Assembly (NCBI GenBank): GCA_020057115.1 | Contig: JAGVGJ010000018.1 | Span: 6,067-70,066, forward strand | Source: Candidatus Omnitrophota bacterium | Lineage (GTDB): Bacteria; Omnitrophota; Gorgyraeia; 2-01-FULL-45-10 | Length of the DNA: 64,000 bases | Direction: 5' to 3' | Part shown: positions 17,986 through 27,033 of the stretch, piece after piece | How the letters are laid out: the number at the start of each line of letters is the position of its first letter | Position numbering within the stretch: the first letter of the stretch is position 1 | Notes under the pieces: generated by a model | Databases searched by the model: none | Seen by the model: only the letters and a program-made list of their open reading frames with translations | What the model was told of the DNA's origin: nothing | Made by a program: the position numbers and the translations under genes

Positions 17986-19410
17986 TTAATACGCAACTTC
18001 ATACTTGTGCTGTTTTTTCTTCTTCTTTAACAAGCCCAGCCGGATAAGCGATGCCTTGATAGCATCCTCAACCGCTTTCCAGTAGAACCTGCTGTATCTT
18101 ATGACATCGAGCGCTCCTACGGCAGGCAAGGTCTCTCTCCTGTTAAGCGCCTCGTGGAATATGTTCAAGTTGAGTTTCGAGTTCTCATAGGTGAATATCT
18201 TCCAGTTATAATCCGTAAGCCAGAAATCATCGGCTATAAATCCTACCTTCTTCGCGTGCTCGTATAACTCGGTCCCTGGCAGTACCCTGAGACCATTCGC
18301 AAGGCCTACGTCGTCAGGCTGCGCGCGCTTTAAAAATTCCACAGTCTGGTTTATAGTAGCTCTCGTCTCACCCATATTCCCGGCTATCAAGAGGGCTGAT
18401 GTCCTTATCCCGGCTTCCTTGGTCATCTTTATGGCCTTCTCCGATGTCGCTACGGGAATAGGCTTCTTCATGACCTTCAAAAGCTCTTCCGAACCTGTCT
18501 CTATGCCGAAATTTATCTTAAAACACCCGGCCTTCTTAAGCTTCGCCAACAGCTCAGGGTCAAGACAGTCTGTGCGCGATACTATCTCAAAAACAATGTG
18601 GAGGCCGCGCTTCAAGATCTCGTCGCATAATTCCGCCGCAGCCTTCCTGTTTGCGGTAAACAGGTCATCGTTGAACGCAAGGCGCTTTGCCCCGTAGCTT
18701 TTTACCAAAAGCTCAAGCTCGTCGGCCATATTTTTGGCGGAACGGCCGCGCCATCTCTTCCATAGCAGCTTATCAGCGCAAAAGATGCAAGAACCTATAC
18801 AGCCGCGCGAAAATACTACCGGGACGCACGGCTCTTTGCTTATGTCGATACCGTTACATACGCCTGATCCGTCGGATGGGTATCTCTTTATATCGATAAG
18901 CTCCCAGGCCGGAAACGGTATCTCGTCCAGGTTGGCTACGAGCTTCCTGTCAGGGTTTACGACCGTCTTCCCGTCCGGCGCGCGGTAAGTTATCCCGTCT
19001 ATAGCGCTCGGATCCTTCCCCTGGCACATCTCGAGAAATGTTATCTCGCCCTCTCCTCTCATGACGATATCTATGAAAGGATAATTCTCTATCAATTGCC
19101 TGTGCATAAGGGTCGCATGGGCGCCGCCCACTTCGACCATGATCTTCGGATCTATCCTCTTGGCAAGCCGGGCGACCTCAAGGGCCTTGACCCTGGAATA
19201 TGTATGGCATGTTATTCCGACTATCGTAGGCTTATATGCTCTTATCTTATCCTCGATGCCGCCCCATCCCTCTATATATCCGTCAATGAGATCGACAGGT
19301 ATGCCGTTCTTCTTAAGTGTCCCGGCGATATAGAGAAGCCCGAGCGGAGGCGTCGAATACTCGCCTCTTCCCGATTCAGGAGGGTTTACCAGAAGGACCT
19401 TGTGCATCAT
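17986..19410 (-). CDS. B12-binding radical SAM protein
   Basis: PPLGLLYIA, GGAHAT, GEGE, SRGCIGSCIFC, DDLFT, GIETGS, LPGTEL. Confidence 0.93.
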   Translation of the reverse strand: MMHKVLLVNPPESGRGEYSTPPLGLLYIAGTLKKNGIPVDLIDGYIEGWGGIEDKIRAYKPTIVGITCHTYSRVKALEVARLAKRIDPKIMVEVGGAHATLMHRQLIENYPFIDIVMRGEGEITFLEMCQGKDPSAIDGITYRAPDGKTVVNPDRKLVANLDEIPFPAWELIDIKRYPSDGSGVCNGIDISKEPCVPVVFSRGCIGSCIFCADKLLWKRWRGRSAKNMADELELLVKSYGAKRLAFNDDLFTANRKAAAELCDEILKRGLHIVFEIVSRTDCLDPELLAKLKKAGCFKINFGIETGSEELLKVMKKPIPVATSEKAIKMTKEAGIRTSALLIAGNMGETRATINQTVEFLKRAQPDDVGLANGLRVLPGTELYEHAKKVGFIADDFWLTDYNWKIFTYENSKLNLNIFHEALNRRETLPAVGALDVIRYSRFYWKAVEDAIKASLIRLGLLKKKKKQHKYEVAY

Positions 19411-20039
19411 CTCTTTGCCACCACTATATATTGCTCCGTCAAATAATCGCTTAAGGCGCCCCTAAGCATCTTGTTGATGAACTTTTTTGATTTCGAACCT
19501 GCGAGCTTCTTCCTGATATTGACTATCTCAAGCTCCGCGTCCTTAAGCAGTTCCTCTATGTTATGAAGCGCGAAGAAGCGCAGATGCGTCTTATCGAAGA
19601 CTCCTCGATCCGTATAGTCCCACTTCTTCTTCCACAGCATCTTTATCGTCCTGTAATGGGCGACATTGGGTATGCTGATGACAACATGCCCCCCCGGCTT
19701 AATAAATTCCCGATGCCTGATGATAAGGCTCCACGGGTCTATCAGGTGCTCGAGCACATCGCCGTAGATTATGCAGTCAAAATACCCTTTTGAGAACGGA
19801 AGCTCAAGCGTCTCTACGTTGCCTACTATGACCTTGTCCAGATTGGCCTTCGCCTGCTCGGCCGCGTCATTCATTATCTCGATACCTGTGACCTCGACCC
19901 GGGAACCGCGTTTCTCTTTTATCGCGCGGCCCGTCAGGCCTGCGCCGCACCCGACCTCCAGGATCTTAAGCGCCCCTTCAGGCAGGACGTCGATTATGTC
20001 ATCCCTTATGGCCGTATAATATTCCGGTTTCTTTTTCAT
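19407..20039 (-). CDS. Class I SAM-dependent methyltransferase
   Basis: ILEVGCGAG, FDCIIYGDVLEHLIDP, SIPNVAH, DKTHLRFF. Confidence 0.92.
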   Translation of the reverse strand: MKKKPEYYTAIRDDIIDVLPEGALKILEVGCGAGLTGRAIKEKRGSRVEVTGIEIMNDAAEQAKANLDKVIVGNVETLELPFSKGYFDCIIYGDVLEHLIDPWSLIIRHREFIKPGGHVVISIPNVAHYRTIKMLWKKKWDYTDRGVFDKTHLRFFALHNIEELLKDAELEIVNIRKKLAGSKSKKFINKMLRGALSDYLTEQYIVVAKR

Positions 20040-20818
20040 TTTTTATTCAGCTTTCCGTAGCATAGCTCTCTATACTTTGCCCATTTCATGAAATTGATAA
20101 ATGAAAAGAGTATCCCGAAGACAAGGCCGTAAAAACCTTCCTTATGCCCCTGTTTCTTAACGTATGATTTCCAGAACATCTTAAGCGATTTGCCTATCAT
20201 ATTCTTGCGGATGGCCTTTTCCGGCAATATGCCTTCGGTCTTGACCAGCTCCTCGGCGGCGATATCCGTGTAGCGGTTCTGCCTGGCGACGAACTGGCCT
20301 ATGCTATCGAAAGGATAATGCTCGATATCTCCGTCGATAGTGCCCATCCTGCCTTTATATACAGGCACTTCGTGTACCACCCCTTCGTACTTTACAGCTT
20401 TGCGGTTTATCAGATTAGGTATAAAGTGGTGGAATCCTCCGTGGTCCATTGGATGGCCCAAAAAGAAGTTCTTGCGCCTGAATTTATAGACCACGATATC
20501 TGTGCCGGCATCTCTTGCGATCGCATCTTCGCACTTCTTCTTGAAATCATCGGTAACAACATCGTCGGCGTCAAGTTGAAGGACCCAGTCATTTCTGGCC
20601 GTATCATTGCCGATATTTCTATCATCGGCGAATGCTCCGGTGAACTTATGCGGTACTACCTTGGCGCTGTATGATGCACATATCTCATGCGTGCGGTCCG
20701 TGCTTAAGCCGTCCACGACTATGACCTCATCGGCCCAACCGGTGATGCTTTTAAGGCAGTTGCCTATCTTCTTCTCTTCGTTCTTTGCGATTATGACAGC
20801 GGATATTTTATTTTTCAT
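20036..20818 (-). CDS. GT2 glycosyltransferase, KdtX/WaaE-like (LPS core)
   Basis: ISAVIIAKNEE, VVDGLSTDRT, LQLDADD, VHE, IEHY. Likely ATG at 20818 (the longer ORF start reads through the heptamer repeat). Confidence 0.88.
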   Translation of the reverse strand: MKNKISAVIIAKNEEKKIGNCLKSITGWADEVIVVDGLSTDRTHEICASYSAKVVPHKFTGAFADDRNIGNDTARNDWVLQLDADDVVTDDFKKKCEDAIARDAGTDIVVYKFRRKNFFLGHPMDHGGFHHFIPNLINRKAVKYEGVVHEVPVYKGRMGTIDGDIEHYPFDSIGQFVARQNRYTDIAAEELVKTEGILPEKAIRKNMIGKSLKMFWKSYVKKQGHKEGFYGLVFGILFSFINFMKWAKYRELCYGKLNKK

Positions 20819-21611
20819 TTTTCCCCGGACCCTGGACCCTTGCCCCTTGACCCTCTTTTGCATTCTCCAACATTTCTTTGTATTTAATGTAACTCATGAA
20901 CTGGTATGTCGCGCCGGCCCACGATACTACATATCCGAGAAGCCCATCCTTGAAGCCGCCCTTCTGGACATATGCTTTAAGAAAACGGCTCGCGGCCTTC
21001 CTCTTCATCTTTATGAAATTCACCGGCCGGCGCTCTTTGAACCACTTCTTCGCTTCGAGAGTCGTCTGGTTATTAAGGCTTATCAGGAAATCGTGGTAGT
21101 CCTTATATGAATAATGAACAATATCGCTCTTAAGGTGCCCGCATGTCCCGTCGATAAATACCCTGGGATGGACTTCCGCCTCTTCATACTTAAAACAGCT
21201 CTTATCGAACAGCCTCACCTTCGGTGCAGGATACCATCCGGCGTATCTTATCCAGCGCTTGCCTATATATGTCTTTATCGGGATCGTATATGCCTTATGT
21301 TCCATCTTGCTATATAATAGCGCCCTTAACACCTCCGCCAGTTCCGGGCTTATTCTTTCATCGGCATCAAGGCTCAATACCCACGTATTTCTGGCAAGGC
21401 TATAAGCATAATTACGATGCCTTCCTTCGATGTCCATCTTCCGGGTAAACACCTTATCCGTATACCGCTTTGCTATTTCAATGGTCTTGTCCGTAGAATT
21501 ATCGTCAAGCACCACTATCTCATCGGCGAACTGGGCCGACTTCAGGCACAGAGCGATATTATCTTCTTCATTCTTAGTTATTACGACAATTGATATCCGA
21601 ACCTTTTCCAT
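20808..21611 (-). CDS. GT2 glycosyltransferase, KdtX/WaaE-like paralog
   Basis: ISIVVITKNEE, LDDNSTDKT, LSLDADER, GWYP, VHYSY, GFKDGLLG. Confidence 0.9.
   Translation of the reverse strand: MEKVRISIVVITKNEEDNIALCLKSAQFADEIVVLDDNSTDKTIEIAKRYTDKVFTRKMDIEGRHRNYAYSLARNTWVLSLDADERISPELAEVLRALLYSKMEHKAYTIPIKTYIGKRWIRYAGWYPAPKVRLFDKSCFKYEEAEVHPRVFIDGTCGHLKSDIVHYSYKDYHDFLISLNNQTTLEAKKWFKERRPVNFIKMKRKAASRFLKAYVQKGGFKDGLLGYVVSWAGATYQFMSYIKYKEMLENAKEGQGARVQGPGKNEK
20827..20854. repeat. 7-bp tandem repeat x4 (GGACCCT GGACCCT TGCCCCT TGACCCT), copy 1
   Basis: 27/28 identical to the copy at 21629-21656. Confidence 0.9.
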
Positions 21612-21628
21612 TATCTCCCCTATTTTCT

Positions 21629-21656
21629 GGACCCTGGACCCTTGCCCCTGGACCCT
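21629..21656. repeat. 7-bp tandem repeat x4 (GGACCCT GGACCCT TGCCCCT GGACCCT), copy 2
   Basis: Direct repeat of 20827-20854, offset 802 bp. Confidence 0.9.
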
Positions 21657-22679
21657 TTAATAATATCTTACCTTCGCTCTGTGGATGAACCCGAGCTTAT
21701 CCATGACTCGCCCGAACACTTCATTTCCCACATATATCTCATCGAACTTCTTCTTCTTTTTTAATATCCTGAAAGCGGACTTAATATAATAATTATCCTG
21801 ATCGAGGCTCACCTTTATTATATTCGAATGTTCCGGCATGGCCACCGCATCCTTAAAGAAGAACCATACCCAGTTGCCGAGCCTTGCGAGCTTCAATGAT
21901 TCGACTTCGAGACGCTTCAGCTCATTATCATCGCAGGCATCGAGCACATAGGCGATCCTTCTGGGCTTTCCCCACCTGGTCTCGAATATCTCCCTGTTGC
22001 GCTCAAAATCCTCGTTAAACGTCTTCAAGAGTTTGAACGACGCATTCTCCCTGTGATAGACATACGCGCCGCAGGCCCTGACGCATTTAAATCCTTCTTT
22101 AACGGCCCTTCTCGAGTAGTCGGTATCCTCGAAGTTCCCCATGCCGTATATCTCGTCGAACGCGCCTATCCTGTTTATAACTTCGCGCTTAATAAGCATG
22201 CAAAACCCGGTTACAGCGCCCAGCTCTGCGGACCTGTCGGACTCTTTCTTAAGCCTGTGGGCGTACAGCTCGACCGGCTCTCCGGGGTTAGGCCGCTGGC
22301 CTAGATTATTGCTCGAAGGGTTGACCAGGCCTGTCTCTTTCGAGCGGCCCGCTATATCTATCATCGTCTTAAGCCAGCCGTCATAGACTATCGTATCATT
22401 GTTAAGAAGGCAGACATACGGCGCGTCCGAAAGTTCCATCCCTTTATTCACTGCCTTTATGAAGCCTAGATTATTCTCATTTCTTGCGACTTTAACGAGC
22501 GGCTTCTTCAGGGCTTCCAGCTTCTCGAGATAATCTTTTGTCGGCGCGTCGCTCGCATTATCGATCATGATAAGCCGATAATCGACTTCGGTTGTATTCC
22601 TGAATATCGACTCGATGCAGTCCCTGGTGAACTCAAGCTGGTTCCATACAGGTATTATTATGTCGCATTCCGTCATCAT
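21657..22679 (-). CDS. GT2 glycosyltransferase with extra C-terminal domain
   Basis: DIIIPVWN, IDNAS, NLGF, LLNNDT, GFCMLI, FEDTDYS. Confidence 0.9.
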   Translation of the reverse strand: MMTECDIIIPVWNQLEFTRDCIESIFRNTTEVDYRLIMIDNASDAPTKDYLEKLEALKKPLVKVARNENNLGFIKAVNKGMELSDAPYVCLLNNDTIVYDGWLKTMIDIAGRSKETGLVNPSSNNLGQRPNPGEPVELYAHRLKKESDRSAELGAVTGFCMLIKREVINRIGAFDEIYGMGNFEDTDYSRRAVKEGFKCVRACGAYVYHRENASFKLLKTFNEDFERNREIFETRWGKPRRIAYVLDACDDNELKRLEVESLKLARLGNWVWFFFKDAVAMPEHSNIIKVSLDQDNYYIKSAFRILKKKKKFDEIYVGNEVFGRVMDKLGFIHRAKVRYY

Positions 22680-23716
22680 TTCCTCGCGGCCTGTCTGACG
22701 AGTTCAGTTATTTTGTCTTGATCATTATGGATATCAGCCAAATAGACATCAGGCCTTATCCTCGACAGCTCTTTTTGGAGATGCTCATCGTCTGTAAAGA
22801 TCATGCTGTAGCGCTTCTCCGGCTTCTTCCGGTTGTTAAGATATACCGCCATATCGAATAACGGCTCACTGAAAAAATATGGGAAACGCCTCTCTCTTAT
22901 ATTGATATGCCTAAAATTAAAAGCTCTTTTTGCGCGCCACAGGTAAACTATATGCTGGTCTCTCGCCATAGAGAACAATGTCTCGGAGAGAAGCGAGCCG
23001 TCCGTGCGCTTAGTTATAATAAATAATAATTTCATCCGCTTGCCCCATTTTGAATAAAATAGCGCTTTATTCTTTTCGTGGAGCTCGCGCCTATGCTCAT
23101 CCTTAAATAACTCGGAAAACGTAGCGTCGCCCAGATGCTCGACAAAGACATTGTTCGCCCTCACGCACCTGTAGCCGGCACGTATGGCCCTCACAGAAAG
23201 GTCGTCATCGTCATAATAGCCAAGCCCGTACGACTCGTCCAGGCCGCCTATCTTCTCCAGCACCTCTCTCTTTATAAGGACACAGTAGCCGCGGCAGAAA
23301 TCTATCTCTATGAATGCTGCATCTCTGGAGATCTTCTTCTTTATCTCGAACCTTGGATTGACAAGCCCTGTCTCTTTGGCGGCTTCGGCGACGTCGACCA
23401 GGGCCGACAGCCACTTGTCCGTACGAACGATCGTGTCATTATTCATTATGCATACATATGGGGCCTTGGATGATCTTATCCCCTGATTTATCGCCTTCAC
23501 CCAGCCAATGTTTTCGGCATTACGCATGAGAGTGATATCTTTATCCGATGCCGCTTCTCTCTCTAAGAGCTCCCTGGCATTCTGGTCGCTGGCATTATCT
23601 ATGATGATCACGCGGTGCGGAAGATCCGAATGCTTCCTGATGCTCTCAAGACAGCCTGCGGTGATCTCAGGCTGATTGTATACCGGGATTATTATATCGA
23701 CCTTGCTATTTGGCAC
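22676..23716 (-). CDS. GT2 glycosyltransferase with extra C-terminal domain
   Basis: DIIIPVYN, IDNAS, IMNNDT, GYCVLI, YDDDDLS. Confidence 0.9.
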   Translation of the reverse strand: MPNSKVDIIIPVYNQPEITAGCLESIRKHSDLPHRVIIIDNASDQNARELLEREAASDKDITLMRNAENIGWVKAINQGIRSSKAPYVCIMNNDTIVRTDKWLSALVDVAEAAKETGLVNPRFEIKKKISRDAAFIEIDFCRGYCVLIKREVLEKIGGLDESYGLGYYDDDDLSVRAIRAGYRCVRANNVFVEHLGDATFSELFKDEHRRELHEKNKALFYSKWGKRMKLLFIITKRTDGSLLSETLFSMARDQHIVYLWRAKRAFNFRHINIRERRFPYFFSEPLFDMAVYLNNRKKPEKRYSMIFTDDEHLQKELSRIRPDVYLADIHNDQDKITELVRQAARK

Positions 23717-24887
23717 CCTTATCCCTCGACTCTTTTATCTCTATCGCGGTCCTTCTTCCTTCTTCCAGCTTATTTGACGCGCCATCTGCCAGCGGCGAGG
23801 CCACCAGCCTGACTTTTAAAACCTTCGCCAGGGCCGACAAGACTTTCGGCGTATCGCCTGAAAGCGATATGATCGCGTCGAACCGCTTTGCAGCCATGCG
23901 TTTTCTTATCCTCTCGATAAGTTTCCCAGAAAGTGCCAGGTCATAAACCGCGTCCGGCAGATTGAAATAGTCTATCCTTATATTCTGGTGGGGCGTGAGT
24001 CCTTCGGTCTTCATGCAATCGTTTATCGCCTTTTCAAGCGTCTTGGCATCCCCGGGATAATTTATCCATAGATGGACCCAGGACCACTCGCGAGCCAAGC
24101 CGTAAACGAACTTGACCATATCCGAGACGGGCTTCGGGTCTATCTCTTTAAGCGAAACAGTCGCGCCGAGCCTCAGGTGCTTGCCCCATTTCCCGTAATA
24201 TATTTTCTGGTTGCGCTGGACCCATTCCTCGCGGTTACCGGCCTTATCGAATGACGCGTGCTCCCTGTGATAGACATACGAATCGGCTATTGCCACAGAC
24301 CTGTATCCCGCCTTGTGCGCGCGCATGGAATAGTCCGTATCGTCATAGCCGCCTATCCCGAAAGCCTCATCGAGCGAGCCTATCTTATCGATGATCTCTC
24401 GCTTAACCAGCATGCAGAAGCCCTGGCACTGGTTCATCTCCATGTACTGGCCTTTGCGCTTCTCAAGGCTCCTGGCGTAAGTCGCGACCGGAATATTCCC
24501 GTGGCCGTTACACTGAGGATTTATTAAACCGACATCAGGGTGCGACTGGGCAAAATCAATCATCCTCTCAAGCCAACCAGGCGCAGCGATGGTGTCATTG
24601 TTCATCATGACGACATATGGCGCGGCGGATATAGCGAGCCCCTGGTTTATCGCCTTTATATACCCCAGGTTCTCTTCATTTCTTATGAGCTCCACATCGA
24701 TCGAACGGTCCTTCTTCAGGCCTTCGAGGTAATGCTTGGTATCGTTAGCGCTGGCATTATCTACCAGTATCAGCCTGTAAGGGCATTCTGTATTCTTCGC
24801 GATATTCTCGACGCAATCCTTCGTATATGAAAGATTGTTCCAGACAGGTATGATTATGTCGCACTTGGCATCGCGCTTCGTCGTCAT
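23706..24887 (-). CDS. GT2 glycosyltransferase with extra C-terminal domain
   Basis: DIIIPVWN, VDNAS, MMNNDT, GFCMLV, YDDTDYS. Confidence 0.9.
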   Translation of the reverse strand: MTTKRDAKCDIIIPVWNNLSYTKDCVENIAKNTECPYRLILVDNASANDTKHYLEGLKKDRSIDVELIRNEENLGYIKAINQGLAISAAPYVVMMNNDTIAAPGWLERMIDFAQSHPDVGLINPQCNGHGNIPVATYARSLEKRKGQYMEMNQCQGFCMLVKREIIDKIGSLDEAFGIGGYDDTDYSMRAHKAGYRSVAIADSYVYHREHASFDKAGNREEWVQRNQKIYYGKWGKHLRLGATVSLKEIDPKPVSDMVKFVYGLAREWSWVHLWINYPGDAKTLEKAINDCMKTEGLTPHQNIRIDYFNLPDAVYDLALSGKLIERIRKRMAAKRFDAIISLSGDTPKVLSALAKVLKVRLVASPLADGASNKLEEGRRTAIEIKESRDKGAK

Positions 24888-25948
24888 TTCACAAGCCCGC
24901 TCTCTATCAACGCGTCCGACACTTTATCGGAAACGAACTCCGTACCTTTCGGGGAGAGATGGACATAGGTATAGAGCAAGCCTTCTTTTGTGCCATCTAT
25001 ATTGAGCTTATCAAAATCGAGCAGGGGCACATTCTCCTCTTTTGCTATCTGCCTTAAAGTATCTGTTATGAGCTTCTTGGCTTTAGAATAGTGCGAAGGA
25101 TCGATAAGCTGTGTGGCGAGCAAAACCTTTACGTTATTATCTTTAGCGATCCAAAGTATCGTCCTGATGTTTCTTCTGTAGGTTTCTGCAAGATAGGCCA
25201 ACTTCCTGCCCTCGTCCGTGATGAACTCATTATGCTCCGGAGGCACGGGCTTGACATATATATTAGCCGGCACAACCTTAGCATACCATGTTTGCGTCCT
25301 CCATATGGAGCGCAAGCGAAAATCAAAATACGCAAATAGAGCGGAATGCTTATTTAGCCAACTCAAGACAGGCGAGCCGTAAAGCTGGGGGCCGTCATCT
25401 CTCGAATAATACGGTGATAGCTCTGTGTGCGCGTCATTATATGTGCTATACAGCACGATCACATCCGGATGATGTCGCAGGACCCTGTGGTAGAATAGAC
25501 TTAATATCTCGCTCGTGGTATATCCGTATCTGCCGGCATTTACAGACTCTATCTTCTTGCCGAGCTTCTTTGAAAGCTTCTCTCCGACAAGGTTGGCCCA
25601 TGTCTTGTCATCGGCGACATAAGGGTCAAATGTAGCAGACCCTCCGAAACAAAATATCCTGGTGACATCTTTAGGCTTTATCGGGTCATAGTCAGGTGCG
25701 CCCCTGAAACCCCATCTGTTTACAGATATCTTTCGCGGGTTATAAGAGTCGTAGATGATCTTAAGGCCGGGTTGGAGGTCAAAATTAAAATAACCGTTAG
25801 GTATAGCTATGCACTCCGGCATATTATGCGTGTATGGCGGAGTAACGCCTTTAATATGGTCGTACAACCTCAACATCGTTTCTCCCGATACGACAAACAA
25901 GATAAACGAGATCGAGATCGCTATTATCGCGAAAAATAAATTTTTCAT
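24884..25948 (-). CDS. Membrane-anchored SGNH/GDSL-family protein
   Basis: N-terminal TM ending in E..LR, NRWGFRG, CFGGSATF (block I), NAGRYGY, YND, VHLSPKG. Confidence 0.75.
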   Translation of the reverse strand: MKNLFFAIIAISISFILFVVSGETMLRLYDHIKGVTPPYTHNMPECIAIPNGYFNFDLQPGLKIIYDSYNPRKISVNRWGFRGAPDYDPIKPKDVTRIFCFGGSATFDPYVADDKTWANLVGEKLSKKLGKKIESVNAGRYGYTTSEILSLFYHRVLRHHPDVIVLYSTYNDAHTELSPYYSRDDGPQLYGSPVLSWLNKHSALFAYFDFRLRSIWRTQTWYAKVVPANIYVKPVPPEHNEFITDEGRKLAYLAETYRRNIRTILWIAKDNNVKVLLATQLIDPSHYSKAKKLITDTLRQIAKEENVPLLDFDKLNIDGTKEGLLYTYVHLSPKGTEFVSDKVSDALIESGLVK

Positions 25949-27033
25949 GCAGGCATCACTCCCTTTTTAAGCAGCGTATCGGCGGCCAAGATAACATCTT
26001 TTGGTTTTATATTCTTCAGGCAATCGAATGTGGTACATTTCGAGTATTTAAAGTTCTTATAACATGGTCGGCATGGCTCATGACTGGTCACCGCGATGTG
26101 TTTTTTGCTCGGGGGATATGGCCCGTATATCTTCTCGTTGACCGGGCCGAATATCGCAACGACATTTTTCTTTAAGGCCACAGACATGTGGGACGGCCCG
26201 CCATCATTAGTAAGTATGATGCTGCACCTGTCCAGGAGCGCGGCCAATTGCCCGATAGTAGTCTTGCCACAGACCTGCGTAGAGGGAGCTTTCATGTTTG
26301 CCGTCACATCATCGCAGACGCTCGACTCGCTGCCCTCTCCAAATACCAGGGTCTTATAGCCGTATGTCATGGAGACATGGTCGGCCACTTCCGCAAATTT
26401 CCAAGGAGACCACCTCCTGTAATTAGCATCTTTTCCCCAGCTGGCACCGCATCCGGGTATCACACCGCAGACTTCGTCTTTATCGGATATTCCGTTTTTG
26501 GCGAGAAAATCCCTGGCCCACGCCTTATCGGCGGCCCCAACAAAGAGCTCCATCTCCTTATCGTCGGTATCCAGCCCTAAAAGCCCACCCAAACCGAGAT
26601 AATAATCGATCGCATGCTTATCATTAAATCCTTTGATGTTCAGTTTGTGGGTGAGGAACTTACCGCGGTCCCTGTAATTGAAACCGACCCGGACGGGTAT
26701 GCCGACTACTAAGCCCATGAGCAGGCTGGCCATATAGCCCAGGGAAGCGTCAAAGACAATATCGAACTTCTCTTTTTTTAGCATACGCAGGAACCTGTAA
26801 AGATCCCTCAGGGCGCGGACTTTAGACTCAGCCCATACCTTTCTGTATTCGTCTTTCTCAAAGACATGGAGCTTTGATATCCTGGGATTGGCGATTAGGA
26901 TACCGAGCGCCCTTTTGTTGCACACATATGTTATGTCAGAGCCGGGATACTTCTTCTTGATGGCCTTTACCAGCGGGGTGGAGAATAGGACATCCCCTAT
27001 GCCGAAAGGATTTATGATAAGGACTTTTTTCAT
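25945..27033 (-). CDS. GT9 LPS heptosyltransferase (WaaF-like)
   Basis: INPFGIGDVLF, PG...RRW, TNDGGPSH, IFGP, CRPC...C...C. Likely ATG at 27033 (ATGA overlap). Confidence 0.9.
   Translation of the reverse strand: MKKVLIINPFGIGDVLFSTPLVKAIKKKYPGSDITYVCNKRALGILIANPRISKLHVFEKDEYRKVWAESKVRALRDLYRFLRMLKKEKFDIVFDASLGYMASLLMGLVVGIPVRVGFNYRDRGKFLTHKLNIKGFNDKHAIDYYLGLGGLLGLDTDDKEMELFVGAADKAWARDFLAKNGISDKDEVCGVIPGCGASWGKDANYRRWSPWKFAEVADHVSMTYGYKTLVFGEGSESSVCDDVTANMKAPSTQVCGKTTIGQLAALLDRCSIILTNDGGPSHMSVALKKNVVAIFGPVNEKIYGPYPPSKKHIAVTSHEPCRPCYKNFKYSKCTTFDCLKNIKPKDVILAADTLLKKGVMPA

Noticed and set aside
20827-21656. 28-bp direct repeats as a CRISPR array
   Set aside because: Only two copies, 802 bp apart, internally periodic, with a whole gene between them and no cas genes.
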